NCBI GenBank assembly: GCA_016861105.1
Contig: BOKS01000017.1
Location: forward strand, 10,433-74,432
Reading direction: 5' to 3'
Length of the DNA: 64,000 bases
Source of the DNA: Betaproteobacteria bacterium
GTDB lineage: Bacteria; Pseudomonadota; Gammaproteobacteria; Burkholderiales; Casimicrobiaceae
Below the pieces are notes generated by a model. That model ran no database searches. It had not been told where the DNA came from and was given only the letters and a program-made list of their open reading frames with translations. Made by a program: the position numbers and the translations under genes. This document shows positions 10,449 to 18,566 of the stretch, piece by piece (within the stretch, counting starts at the first letter, position 1; each line of letters starts with the position of its first letter).

Positions 10449-11633
10449 ATGGACGCGGACCGCGAAGCCCTGCTGCGGCGCATGCACGACGTGCTCGACG
10501 GCGCCGCGTCGGCCGAGGAGCGGGCGCAGCTCGACGCCGCGCTGGCGCGCGACGCCGAGGCGCGGGCGCACTTCGACGAGCTCCGCCGTCTCTTCGACGC
10601 CCTTGCTGCGGCGCCGCAACTCGCACCGCCCGCGTCGTTCGTCGACGACGCCGTCGCCGCGATCGCGCGCACGAGGGCGCCGGACGCACGCCAACTTTTC
10701 GCGCGGGCGGGTGTAATAGTGCCAACCGGTTCCGACATCCGGGTCCGAGCGACGGGCCCGACGGTCGCCAACGCTCGGACGCGTTCCGAGCCCATCTGGG
10801 GGAGCGAGCACATGAGCACGAGCAAGCGTGGGCTGTGGATGGTCGGGGGCGTCGCGGCAGCGATCGCGGTCGTCCTCGTCGCCGGCGTCGTCGATTTCCC
10901 CGCGAAGGGCGACGATGCGACCGGCGCCATCGTGCCGGCGGAGCGACACCGCGCCCAGCAGCCGGGCGCCGCGGACGTCAAGCTCATCGGCGGCACGCAG
11001 ACCGCCACCCCTGCCGCGCCGGCGCAGCCCGAGCCCGGCGCACAGGCGGCGCGCGACGAGCAGGGCGCGCGGGCCATGCAGGCGGGTCGCGACGCCAGCC
11101 AGGCCGGCGTCGGCGCCAACCAGGCCGGCCGCGACGCGAGCCAGGCGGCGATGGACGCGAATCAGGCGGCGCGCATGCAGCAGCAGGGCCGCGAGGCGAC
11201 CCAGGCGGCGCGCGACGCCAGCCAGGCGGCACGCATGCAGCAGCAGGGCCGCGAAGCGAACCAGGCGGCCCGCGACGCGAGCCAGGCAGGACTCGGCGCA
11301 AGCAACGCCGCGCGCGATGCAAGCCAGGCGGCGATGGACGCGAACCAGGCGGCGCGCATGCAGCAGCAGGGACGCGAGGGGAACCAGGCGGCCCGCGACG
11401 CGAGCCAGGCGGCGCGCATGCAGCAGCAGGGACGCGAGGCGAACCAGGCGGCCCGCGACGCGAGCCAGGCAGGACTCGGCGCAAGCAACGCCGCGCGCGA
11501 TGCGAGCCAGGCGGCGATGGACGCGAACCAGGCGGCGCGCATGCAGCAGCAGGGCCGCGACGCGAACCAGGCCGCGCGCGATGCGAGCCAGGCCGCACGC
11601 GATGCCAACAACGAGGCCCGCGCCAAGAAGTAG
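10449..11633 (+). CDS. Putative membrane anti-sigma factor with extracytoplasmic heptad-repeat tail
   Basis: Starts 2 nt after sigma stop; N-terminal zf-HC2-like ASD without Cys (LDGAASAEERAQLDAALARD); one TM (GLWMVGGVAAAIAVVLVAGVV); A/Q/R/D repeats. Confidence 0.82.
   Translation: MDADREALLRRMHDVLDGAASAEERAQLDAALARDAEARAHFDELRRLFDALAAAPQLAPPASFVDDAVAAIARTRAPDARQLFARAGVIVPTGSDIRVRATGPTVANARTRSEPIWGSEHMSTSKRGLWMVGGVAAAIAVVLVAGVVDFPAKGDDATGAIVPAERHRAQQPGAADVKLIGGTQTATPAAPAQPEPGAQAARDEQGARAMQAGRDASQAGVGANQAGRDASQAAMDANQAARMQQQGREATQAARDASQAARMQQQGREANQAARDASQAGLGASNAARDASQAAMDANQAARMQQQGREGNQAARDASQAARMQQQGREANQAARDASQAGLGASNAARDASQAAMDANQAARMQQQGRDANQAARDASQAARDANNEARAKK
10691..10715 (+). promoter_or_regulatory. 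Putative ECF sigma-dependent promoter, copy 2 (inside anti-sigma gene)
   Basis: CCAACTTT-N10-GGGTGTA; local run of codons rare for this genome (CAA CTT, GGT GTA ATA, CCA). Confidence 0.68.
10812..11633 (+). CDS. Predicted nested in-frame short isoform (from Met122; TM/signal + repeat domain)
   Basis: GGGGGAG RBS (10798-10804) 7 nt before in-frame ATG 10812; MSTSKR + hydrophobic stretch looks like a signal/anchor N-terminus. Confidence 0.55.
   Translation: MSTSKRGLWMVGGVAAAIAVVLVAGVVDFPAKGDDATGAIVPAERHRAQQPGAADVKLIGGTQTATPAAPAQPEPGAQAARDEQGARAMQAGRDASQAGVGANQAGRDASQAAMDANQAARMQQQGREATQAARDASQAARMQQQGREANQAARDASQAGLGASNAARDASQAAMDANQAARMQQQGREGNQAARDASQAARMQQQGREANQAARDASQAGLGASNAARDASQAAMDANQAARMQQQGRDANQAARDASQAARDANNEARAKK
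11080..11612 (+). repeat. Coding tandem repeat: 183-bp (61-aa) unit x ~2.5 built from 6-7 aa subunits
   Basis: ATGGACGCGAA recurs at 11151, 11334, 11517 (183-nt spacing); subunits AARDASQ, AAMDANQ, AARMQQQ, GREANQ, AGLGASN. Confidence 0.92.
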
Positions 11634-11667
11634 ACGGTCTCGCAGACAGGACCGCACCGCGCGCCCG

Positions 11668-11700
11668 AACCGCCGGCCCGACGGCCGGCGGTTTGCTTTC
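11668..11700 (+). terminator. Probable intrinsic terminator after anti-sigma gene
   Basis: AACCGCCGGCC-CGAC-GGCCGGCGGTT followed by TGCTTTC. Confidence 0.7.
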
Positions 11701-11748
11701 GTGCGTCCGGCACGCTAGCTTTCGGGACCGTTCACCGGGGAGGCGTGG

Positions 11749-14691
11749 ATGCGTCGCGGCATCGCGTGCCTGTTGCTGGGGCTGATTCCGTGGGTCGCTG
11801 CGGCAGAGGACGCCGACGACCTCGGCATGGGCTACCTCGAGACGCCCGAGCTGCGCCTCATCTGGTTCGACATCCTCGAGTACCTGGCGCCGCACGTCAT
11901 CCGGACGTTCACCAACTCGCTCGCGTGGCAGCGGCGCACGCTCGGCTGGGAGCCGTCGGAGCGGACCACCGTGCTGCTGAAGGACTTCAGCGACTACGGC
12001 AACGCGACCGCGACGCAGGCCCCGCACAACCGCCTGCGCTTCGACGTCGCCCCGCTGGCGCACGACTTCGAGACCTATCCCGCCGGCGAGCGCCTCTATA
12101 CGCTGATGAACCACGAGCTCGTCCACATCGCGCAGGGCGACCTCGCGAACGGCGAGGACCGGGCGTGGCGCAGGCTGCTGTTCGGCAAGGTGGGCGTCCA
12201 CGAGGATCACCCGGAGACGCTGCTCTACGGCTTCCTGACGGTGCCGCGCTTCATGGCGCCGCGCTGGTACCACGAGGGGACCGCGACGTTCGTCGAGACC
12301 TGGATGAGCGGCGGTCTGGGCCGTGCGCAGGGCGGCTACGACGAGATGGTCTTCCGCGCGATGGTGCGCGACGGCGCCCGCTTCTACGACCCGCTGGGCC
12401 TCGAGTCGCGCGGCGTGCGCACCGACTTCCAGGTGGGCGTCAACGCCTACCTGTACGGCACGCGCTTCGTCACCTGGCTCGCGTACGAGCACTCGCCGCA
12501 GAAGGTCGTCGCGTGGATGCGGCGCGACGACGGCAGCGAGCGTCACTACGCGGCCCAGTTCCGGCGCGTGTTCGGGATGTCGATCGAGCAGGCGTGGCAG
12601 GACTGGATCGCGTTCGAGCACGCGTTCCAGCGCGCGAACCTCGCCGAGATCCGCAGGCATCCGGTGACGCCGCATCGACGGCTCGTCGACCGCCCGCTCG
12701 GCAACATCTCGCGCGTCCACTTCGACGAGGCCACGGGCACCCTGTACGGCGGCTTCCGTACGCCGGGCGTGATCGACCACGTGGGCGCCATCGACACCCG
12801 TGCTGGCACGCACCGCCGGCTCGCCGACATCAAGCGCGCGATGCTCTACAAGGTGACGTCGTTCGCCTTCGATCCGGCCAGCGGGACCGCGTTCTACAGC
12901 GCGGACAACTACTTCTTCCGCGACCTGATGGCGGTCGACGTGCGGACCGGCGAGTCGCGGATGCTGCTCGAGGACGCGCGCATCGGCCAGTTCGCGTTCA
13001 ATCCGGCCGACCGCTCGCTGATCGGCGTGCGGCACAAGAACGGCTTCGCCGTGCTGGTGCGGATCCCGTACCCGTATGCCGCATGGGAGTCGCTGCACCT
13101 CTTCCCCTACGGCGTCGTGCCCTACGACCTCGACGTCTCGCCGGACGGGCGCCTGCTGTCAGCGTCGGTGGCCGAGGTCAACGGCGACCAGTACCTGCGC
13201 GTGTGGGAGCTTGCGCGCATCGCGCAGGGCGACGTCGCGCCGCTGTCGGAGTTCCGCTTCGGCCAGTCGGTGCCGGAGAGCTTCGTGTTCTCGCGCGACG
13301 GCCGCTACCTGTACGGCAGCAGCTACTACACCGGCGTGTCGAACATCTTCCGCTACGAGGTCGCCACGGGCGAGGTGGAGGCGGTCTCGAACACCGACGC
13401 GGACTTCTTCCGCCCGTTCCCGCTGGCGGACGGGCGCCTGCTGGTGCTCGTCTACACGTCGTCGGGCTTCGTCCCGGCGGTCATCGACCCGGTCGTGGTG
13501 AAGGACGCGAGCGCGATCCGCTTCCTCGGCGCGGAGGTCGCGAAGAGGCACCCGGTCGTCACGACGTGGCAGGTCGACCCTCCCGGCGCCGTCGACGACG
13601 AGAAGCTCGTGCAGCGGCGCGGCCCGTACGCACCGCTGCGCCACCTGCAGCTCGACAACGCCTTCCCGGCGCTGCAGGGCTACAAGGACTCGGTCGGCAT
13701 CGGCTACCACGTCAACGTCGCCGATCCGCTGCATTACGCGACGCTGGGCGTCACGGCCGCGTTCACGCCGGACACCGGCCTCCCCGGCAGCGAGCGCGCC
13801 CACGTCGAGATCAAGGGGAGCTACCTCGAGTGGTCGGCGAGCCTGTCGTGGAACCGCGCGGACTTCTACGACCTGTTCGGGCCGGTCAAGCGCAGCCGCA
13901 AGGGATTCGCGGCGAAGCTTGGCTACGAGCGCTTCCTAATCTACGACGAGCCGCGCAAGCTCGAGGTCCTGGCGCGCGCCGCGTTCTACGACAAGATCGA
14001 CACGCTGCCGGGCGCGCAGAACATCGAGTCGGCCGGGTTCGACCGCCTCACCGAGGCGGAGGTCGGCCTGCGCTACAGCGACGTGCGCCGCTCGCTCGGC
14101 GCGGTGGACGACGAGAAGGGCGTGAAGTGGTCGCTCTACGGCGGCCTGCACCACGTCACCGGCGAGACCGGCTGGAACGTGCACGGCAGCTTCGACTACG
14201 GCTGGGACCTGCCGCTGCCCAACTCGTCGCTGTGGCTGCGGACGGCCGCGGGCTTCATGCAGGGCGACCGCGACATCCCGATCTCGAACTTCTACCTCGG
14301 CGGCTTCGGCAACAACTACGTCGACCGCCGGGAAGTGAAGCGCTACCGCGAGCCGTTCTCGTACCCGGGCTTCGGCATCGACGAGATCGCCGGGCAGTCG
14401 TTCGTGCGGCCGATGCTCGAGTGGAACGCGCCGCCCTACGTGTTCGAGTCGGTCGGCACGCCGGCGTTCCACCTGCACTCGCTGCGCCCGGCAGTGTTCG
14501 CCTCGGCGCTGTGGACGGACGTCGAGCGCGCGTCGTTGCGCAAGGACTACGCGAACGTCGGCGTGCAGGTCGACCTCCGCTTCTCCGCGCTGCACTTCTA
14601 CGACATGACGCTGTCGGTCGGCTACGCGGCCGGCTTCCGCGAGGGGCGCCGTGCCGGCGACGAGTGGATGCTGTCGCTCAAGGTCCTGTGA
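11749..14691 (+). CDS. Large exported/outer-membrane protein: gluzincin-like domain + TolB-like beta-propeller + C-terminal beta-barrel-like region
   Basis: Signal peptide; NHELVH (HExxH) and PRWYHEGTA; propeller blades (FNPADR, VSPDGR, FSRDGRYL); aromatic alternating beta-strands at C-terminus; GGGGAGG RBS. Confidence 0.75.
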   Translation: MRRGIACLLLGLIPWVAAAEDADDLGMGYLETPELRLIWFDILEYLAPHVIRTFTNSLAWQRRTLGWEPSERTTVLLKDFSDYGNATATQAPHNRLRFDVAPLAHDFETYPAGERLYTLMNHELVHIAQGDLANGEDRAWRRLLFGKVGVHEDHPETLLYGFLTVPRFMAPRWYHEGTATFVETWMSGGLGRAQGGYDEMVFRAMVRDGARFYDPLGLESRGVRTDFQVGVNAYLYGTRFVTWLAYEHSPQKVVAWMRRDDGSERHYAAQFRRVFGMSIEQAWQDWIAFEHAFQRANLAEIRRHPVTPHRRLVDRPLGNISRVHFDEATGTLYGGFRTPGVIDHVGAIDTRAGTHRRLADIKRAMLYKVTSFAFDPASGTAFYSADNYFFRDLMAVDVRTGESRMLLEDARIGQFAFNPADRSLIGVRHKNGFAVLVRIPYPYAAWESLHLFPYGVVPYDLDVSPDGRLLSASVAEVNGDQYLRVWELARIAQGDVAPLSEFRFGQSVPESFVFSRDGRYLYGSSYYTGVSNIFRYEVATGEVEAVSNTDADFFRPFPLADGRLLVLVYTSSGFVPAVIDPVVVKDASAIRFLGAEVAKRHPVVTTWQVDPPGAVDDEKLVQRRGPYAPLRHLQLDNAFPALQGYKDSVGIGYHVNVADPLHYATLGVTAAFTPDTGLPGSERAHVEIKGSYLEWSASLSWNRADFYDLFGPVKRSRKGFAAKLGYERFLIYDEPRKLEVLARAAFYDKIDTLPGAQNIESAGFDRLTEAEVGLRYSDVRRSLGAVDDEKGVKWSLYGGLHHVTGETGWNVHGSFDYGWDLPLPNSSLWLRTAAGFMQGDRDIPISNFYLGGFGNNYVDRREVKRYREPFSYPGFGIDEIAGQSFVRPMLEWNAPPYVFESVGTPAFHLHSLRPAVFASALWTDVERASLRKDYANVGVQVDLRFSALHFYDMTLSVGYAAGFREGRRAGDEWMLSLKVL

Positions 14692-14706
14692 CCGGCGAGC
14701 GTCGCG

Positions 14707-15714
14707 ATGGCTGACCTCGTCCTTCCGGCGGCCATCGGGCTCGCGCCCGTGCTGTGCTTCCTCGCCGCGCTCGTCGCGATCGACAGCTACAGGCTCCTGC
14801 GGCTGCGGACGGTCGTCGCCGTGCTCGTCGCCGGCGCGCTGGTGGCGGTCGCCTGCTACCACGCCAACGCGTGGCTGATGGCTGCGACGCGCCTGGAACT
14901 CGCGCCCTACGCGCGCTACGTGGCGCCACTCCTGGAGGAGCTGATGAAGGCCGCGGTCGTCGGGGCGCTCGTCCACACGCACCGCATCGGGTTCCTGGTC
15001 GACGGCGCGATCCTCGGCTTCGCCGTCGGCGCTGGCTTCGGCGTCGTCGAGAACCTCCACTACCAGCGGATCGTCCCCGACGCCGACGTGGGGACGTGGA
15101 TCGTCCGCGGGTTCGGGACCGCGATGATGCACGGCGGCGCGACGGCAATCTACGCCATGGCCACGCTCGCGCTGCTGCCGCGCGTCCGGCCGCGCCTGCT
15201 CGCGTTCGCCCCGGGCTTCGCGACCGCCGTGCTGCTGCACTCGGCGTTCAATCACATGTTCCTGTCGCCGAAGCTCTCGACGCTCGTCGTCCTCCTCGGG
15301 ATTCCTCCGCTGATCCTGCTCGTGTTCCGCCGCGGCCAGGCCGCGGTCGCGCGCTGGCTCGGACAGGGGTTCGACGGCGACGCCGAGCGACTGGCGCTGC
15401 TGCTCTCCGGCCAGCTGCCGGATTCGCCGCTGGGCCGCTACCTGGCGACGCTGCGCAGCCGTTTCGCGGGGCCGGTGCTGGCCGACCTCCTCTGCTACCT
15501 GCGCCTGTCCACGGAGCTCGCGCTGCGCGCGAAGGGGATGGTCATGATGCGCGAGAACGGCTTCGACGTGCCGGTCGACGACGCGACGCGGGCCAAGCTC
15601 GCGGAACTGCGCTACCTCGAACGCAGCATCGGGCGCGCCGGCCTGCTCGCGCTCCGGCCGGTGCTCGCGCAGCGGCACGAGGAGCTCTGGCAGCTGCGCC
15701 TGCTCGCGCAGTAG
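14707..15714 (+). CDS. PrsW-family intramembrane protease
   Basis: PLLEELMK, GAGFGVVENL, MMHGGATA, LLHSAFN: the four PrsW motifs; multiple TMs. Confidence 0.9.
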   Translation: MADLVLPAAIGLAPVLCFLAALVAIDSYRLLRLRTVVAVLVAGALVAVACYHANAWLMAATRLELAPYARYVAPLLEELMKAAVVGALVHTHRIGFLVDGAILGFAVGAGFGVVENLHYQRIVPDADVGTWIVRGFGTAMMHGGATAIYAMATLALLPRVRPRLLAFAPGFATAVLLHSAFNHMFLSPKLSTLVVLLGIPPLILLVFRRGQAAVARWLGQGFDGDAERLALLLSGQLPDSPLGRYLATLRSRFAGPVLADLLCYLRLSTELALRAKGMVMMRENGFDVPVDDATRAKLAELRYLERSIGRAGLLALRPVLAQRHEELWQLRLLAQ

Positions 15715-15894
15715 CGCCGGCGCGTGCGGCGGTCGCGGCGGCGGCATCAGCCGCTCGTATGAGAAGATAAGAAATTCATAGTTGGAGCCGATGGCTGCCG
15801 CGCCGAGAATCGGCCTGCGGCGGCGCGATCCCGCGCCGCCGCTTCGCGCCCGAGGCGGCGCGCGCGGACGACGAAGGCCCGGGGGAGGACGCGG

Positions 15895-16551
15895 ATGTCC
15901 GGCGGCACGAGCATCGCGGGGCGCCTTGCGGCGCATCCGACGGCGACGGTGTCCGACGCGCTCGACGAGCTCGGCCTCGCCGGGGCGCTCAGCGGCATCC
16001 GGGCCCAGCGCGAGGGACTGGGGCGGATCTGCGGGCGCGCGCTGCCGGTGCGCTTCGTGCGAAAGTCCAACGATCCGCAGGCCTACCGCTTCGGCGGCGG
16101 CGTGGGCAAGCCGCTGGAGGTCGTGCTGCGCACGATGAAGGCCGGCGACGTCGTGGTGATGGATCTCGACGGCGCCGCCAACGCGTCGGCGTGGGGCGGC
16201 CTCGCCTCCCGGCTCGCGCAGCGCCGCGGCGTGCGCGGGACGATCCTCTGGGGCACGTGCCGCGACCTCGAGGAGATCCGCGCCGTGGGCTACCCGGTGT
16301 GGGCGGTCGGCGTCTGCCCGCGGCGCAGCCGCAACGAGTTCGCGTTCGGCTCGATCAACGAGGAGATCCGCATCGCCGGCGTCGCCGTGCGTCCCGGCGA
16401 CTACGTCGTCGCCGACGAGAGCGGCGCGGTGGTCGTTCCGCACGACCGCGCGGAGGAAACGCTCGCGCTGGTCGCCAGGATCGACGCGCAGGAGCGCGCG
16501 CTGGAGGAGCAGGTCCGCGACGACGCGGTCGCGTCGTGGGACCAGGTCTAG
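15895..16551 (+). CDS. RraA-family protein / HMG aldolase-like
   Basis: TATVSDALD, SAWGGLAS, WGTCRDLEEI, VRPGDYVVADESGAVVVP. Confidence 0.88.
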   Translation: MSGGTSIAGRLAAHPTATVSDALDELGLAGALSGIRAQREGLGRICGRALPVRFVRKSNDPQAYRFGGGVGKPLEVVLRTMKAGDVVVMDLDGAANASAWGGLASRLAQRRGVRGTILWGTCRDLEEIRAVGYPVWAVGVCPRRSRNEFAFGSINEEIRIAGVAVRPGDYVVADESGAVVVPHDRAEETLALVARIDAQERALEEQVRDDAVASWDQV

Positions 16552-16570
16552 CGCCGAGCGCGCCGACGGC

Positions 16571-17416
16571 GTGAACAGGTCCCAGGCGATGGACGCTCCC
16601 GTACCCCGCGGCTTCCACGAGCTCTACGGGCTGCACGGGCGCACGGCGCTGGTGACCGGGGCGTCGCGCGGCATCGGCGCCGCGATCGCGCGCGTGCTGG
16701 CGCAGATGGGCGCCGACGTCGCGGTCAACCACCTCGACGACGCTGCCGCTGCGCGCGTCGTCGTCGCAGACATCGAGGCGCTCGGGCGCCGCGCCGTGGC
16801 GCTCGACGTCGACGTGGCGCGGCGCGACGTCGCGACGGCGCTGGTCGCCGCGGCGCAGCAGGCGCTCGGGCCGCTCGACGTGCTGGTCGTCAATGCGGCG
16901 CGGTCGATCCACGCGACGCTCGAGGCGACGATCGAGGAGGACATCGACGCCCAGGTCGAGACCAACTTCAAGGCGACCGTGCGCCTGCTGAACGCGACGC
17001 TGCCCGCGATGGCGCAGCGCGGCTTCGGGCGGGTGGTGACGATCGGCAGCATCGTGCAGGAGGCGCCGATCCCCACGCTGCCCGTGTACGGCGCGCTGAA
17101 GGCGGCGCACCACGCGCTCGTCCGCGGGCTGGCGGTCCGCTACGCGGCCCGCGGCGTCACGCTGAACAACGTGTCGCCGGGGCTGATCCGCACCGAGCGC
17201 AACGCCTGGCGGCGCGCGCCCGGTGGCGACTGGGACGCGTTCGCGCGGAGCTGCAGCCATGCGGCGCGCGCCGGCGAGCCCGACGAGGTCGCGTGCGCGG
17301 TGGCGATGTTCTGCGCGCCGGGCGCGTCGTTCGTGACCGGCGAGAACCTGTTCGTCGCCGGCGGCGCGCAGATCGCCGGGCGCCGCGACGGGGAAGGGAC
17401 GGGCGCGGCCGACTAG
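16571..17416 (+). CDS. SDR-family oxidoreductase
   Basis: TGASRGIG, YGALK (YxxxK), NNVSPG; start may be ATG 16589. Confidence 0.9.
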   Translation: MNRSQAMDAPVPRGFHELYGLHGRTALVTGASRGIGAAIARVLAQMGADVAVNHLDDAAAARVVVADIEALGRRAVALDVDVARRDVATALVAAAQQALGPLDVLVVNAARSIHATLEATIEEDIDAQVETNFKATVRLLNATLPAMAQRGFGRVVTIGSIVQEAPIPTLPVYGALKAAHHALVRGLAVRYAARGVTLNNVSPGLIRTERNAWRRAPGGDWDAFARSCSHAARAGEPDEVACAVAMFCAPGASFVTGENLFVAGGAQIAGRRDGEGTGAAD

Positions 17417-17515
17417 TGCGCCGCCGGCAGCGCACGGCGGGCCCTGCGGCGCGCGCATTCCACGACGTGAACGGGCGGCAGGCGCCGTGCGCCAACGACC
17501 ACGAGGAGGAGAACG

Positions 17516-18484
17516 ATGGCTGGAAGGACCGAAGGGATCGTCGCTGCAGCGGCGCTGGCGCTCGCGCTGGCCGCCGCACCCGCGGCACAGGCGCAGCAGG
17601 TCGTGAAGATCGTGGTCGGCGGCCCGCCGGGCGGGCTGTTCGACATCGTCATCCGCAACATCTCGGAGACGCTCGAGCGGGGCCTGAACGCCACCGTGGT
17701 GATCGACAACAAGCCCGGCGCCGGCGGTGCCGTCGCGCTCGAGCACGTGCGCAATGCGAAGCCGGACGGGCTGACGCTGGGGACGGTGAACCTCGCCGCC
17801 GCGGCGAACGAATCGATCATCAGGAACAAGGCCTACCAGCTGCTCGCGGACTTCGAGCCCGTCGGCATGTACGTCCATCCCTCGAACGTGCTGATCGTGC
17901 ACCCGAGCGTGCAGGCCGACTCGCTGAAGGCGCTCGTCGACGCGCTCAAGGCGCGCGGCTCGTCGAACTACTCGTCCGGCGGCATCGGCAGCCCCGGGCA
18001 CCTGGCCGGCGAGATGTTCAAGTCGCGCACCGGCGTGCCGGTCACGCACGTCCCCTACAAGGGCGCGCCGCCGGCCGTCATGGCGGTCGTGTCGGGCGAG
18101 GTCGCGTACATGTTCGCGACGACCTCGTCGGCGATCGGCCAGGTGTCGGGCGGCAAGGTCCGCGCGCTCGCCGTCACGACCACGGAGCGGCTGCCGCAGC
18201 TGCCCGAGGTCCCGACGATGGCGGAGGCCGGGCTGGCCGACTTCAACGTGGGCGACTGGCTCGGGTTCGTGCTGCCGAAGGGGACGCCGGCCGCGACGCG
18301 CGACCGCGTCCACGCCGCGCTGCTGGCCGCCTTCGCCGACCCGCAGTCGCGCGAGCGGCTGCGCAAGGCGACGTTCCTCCCCGTCGACAAGCCGCTGGGG
18401 CCCGCGGAATTCGGCGCGTTCCTGCGCGCGGAGGTCGACAAGTGGGCGACCGTGGTCCGCGAGGCGAAGATCGGGCAGGAGTGA
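17516..18484 (+). CDS. Bug/TctC tripartite tricarboxylate transporter substrate-binding protein
   Basis: PPGGLFD, NKPGAGG, KPDGLTL, SGGIGSPGHLAGEMF, HVPYKG, LPEVPTMAEAG. Confidence 0.93.
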   Translation: MAGRTEGIVAAAALALALAAAPAAQAQQVVKIVVGGPPGGLFDIVIRNISETLERGLNATVVIDNKPGAGGAVALEHVRNAKPDGLTLGTVNLAAAANESIIRNKAYQLLADFEPVGMYVHPSNVLIVHPSVQADSLKALVDALKARGSSNYSSGGIGSPGHLAGEMFKSRTGVPVTHVPYKGAPPAVMAVVSGEVAYMFATTSSAIGQVSGGKVRALAVTTTERLPQLPEVPTMAEAGLADFNVGDWLGFVLPKGTPAATRDRVHAALLAAFADPQSRERLRKATFLPVDKPLGPAEFGAFLRAEVDKWATVVREAKIGQE

Positions 18485-18566
18485 TCCCGCCGCTCCCTCC
18501 GGGCTTACACTTCCTCCGCGCGCGCGCACCGGCGCGCGCGGAGACCGGCCCGACGGGAGCGAAGCC

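Noticed and set aside
11080-11612. Repeat array as CRISPR array or RiPP multi-core precursor
   Set aside because: Repeats are contiguous, in frame, with synonymous variation and no unique spacers; no cas genes or RiPP modifying enzymes nearby
10401-13098. Long antisense ORFs over the anti-sigma and OM protein genes (10401-11657, 10984-13098)
   Set aside because: Shadow frames of GC-rich repetitive coding sequence; no motifs or RBS
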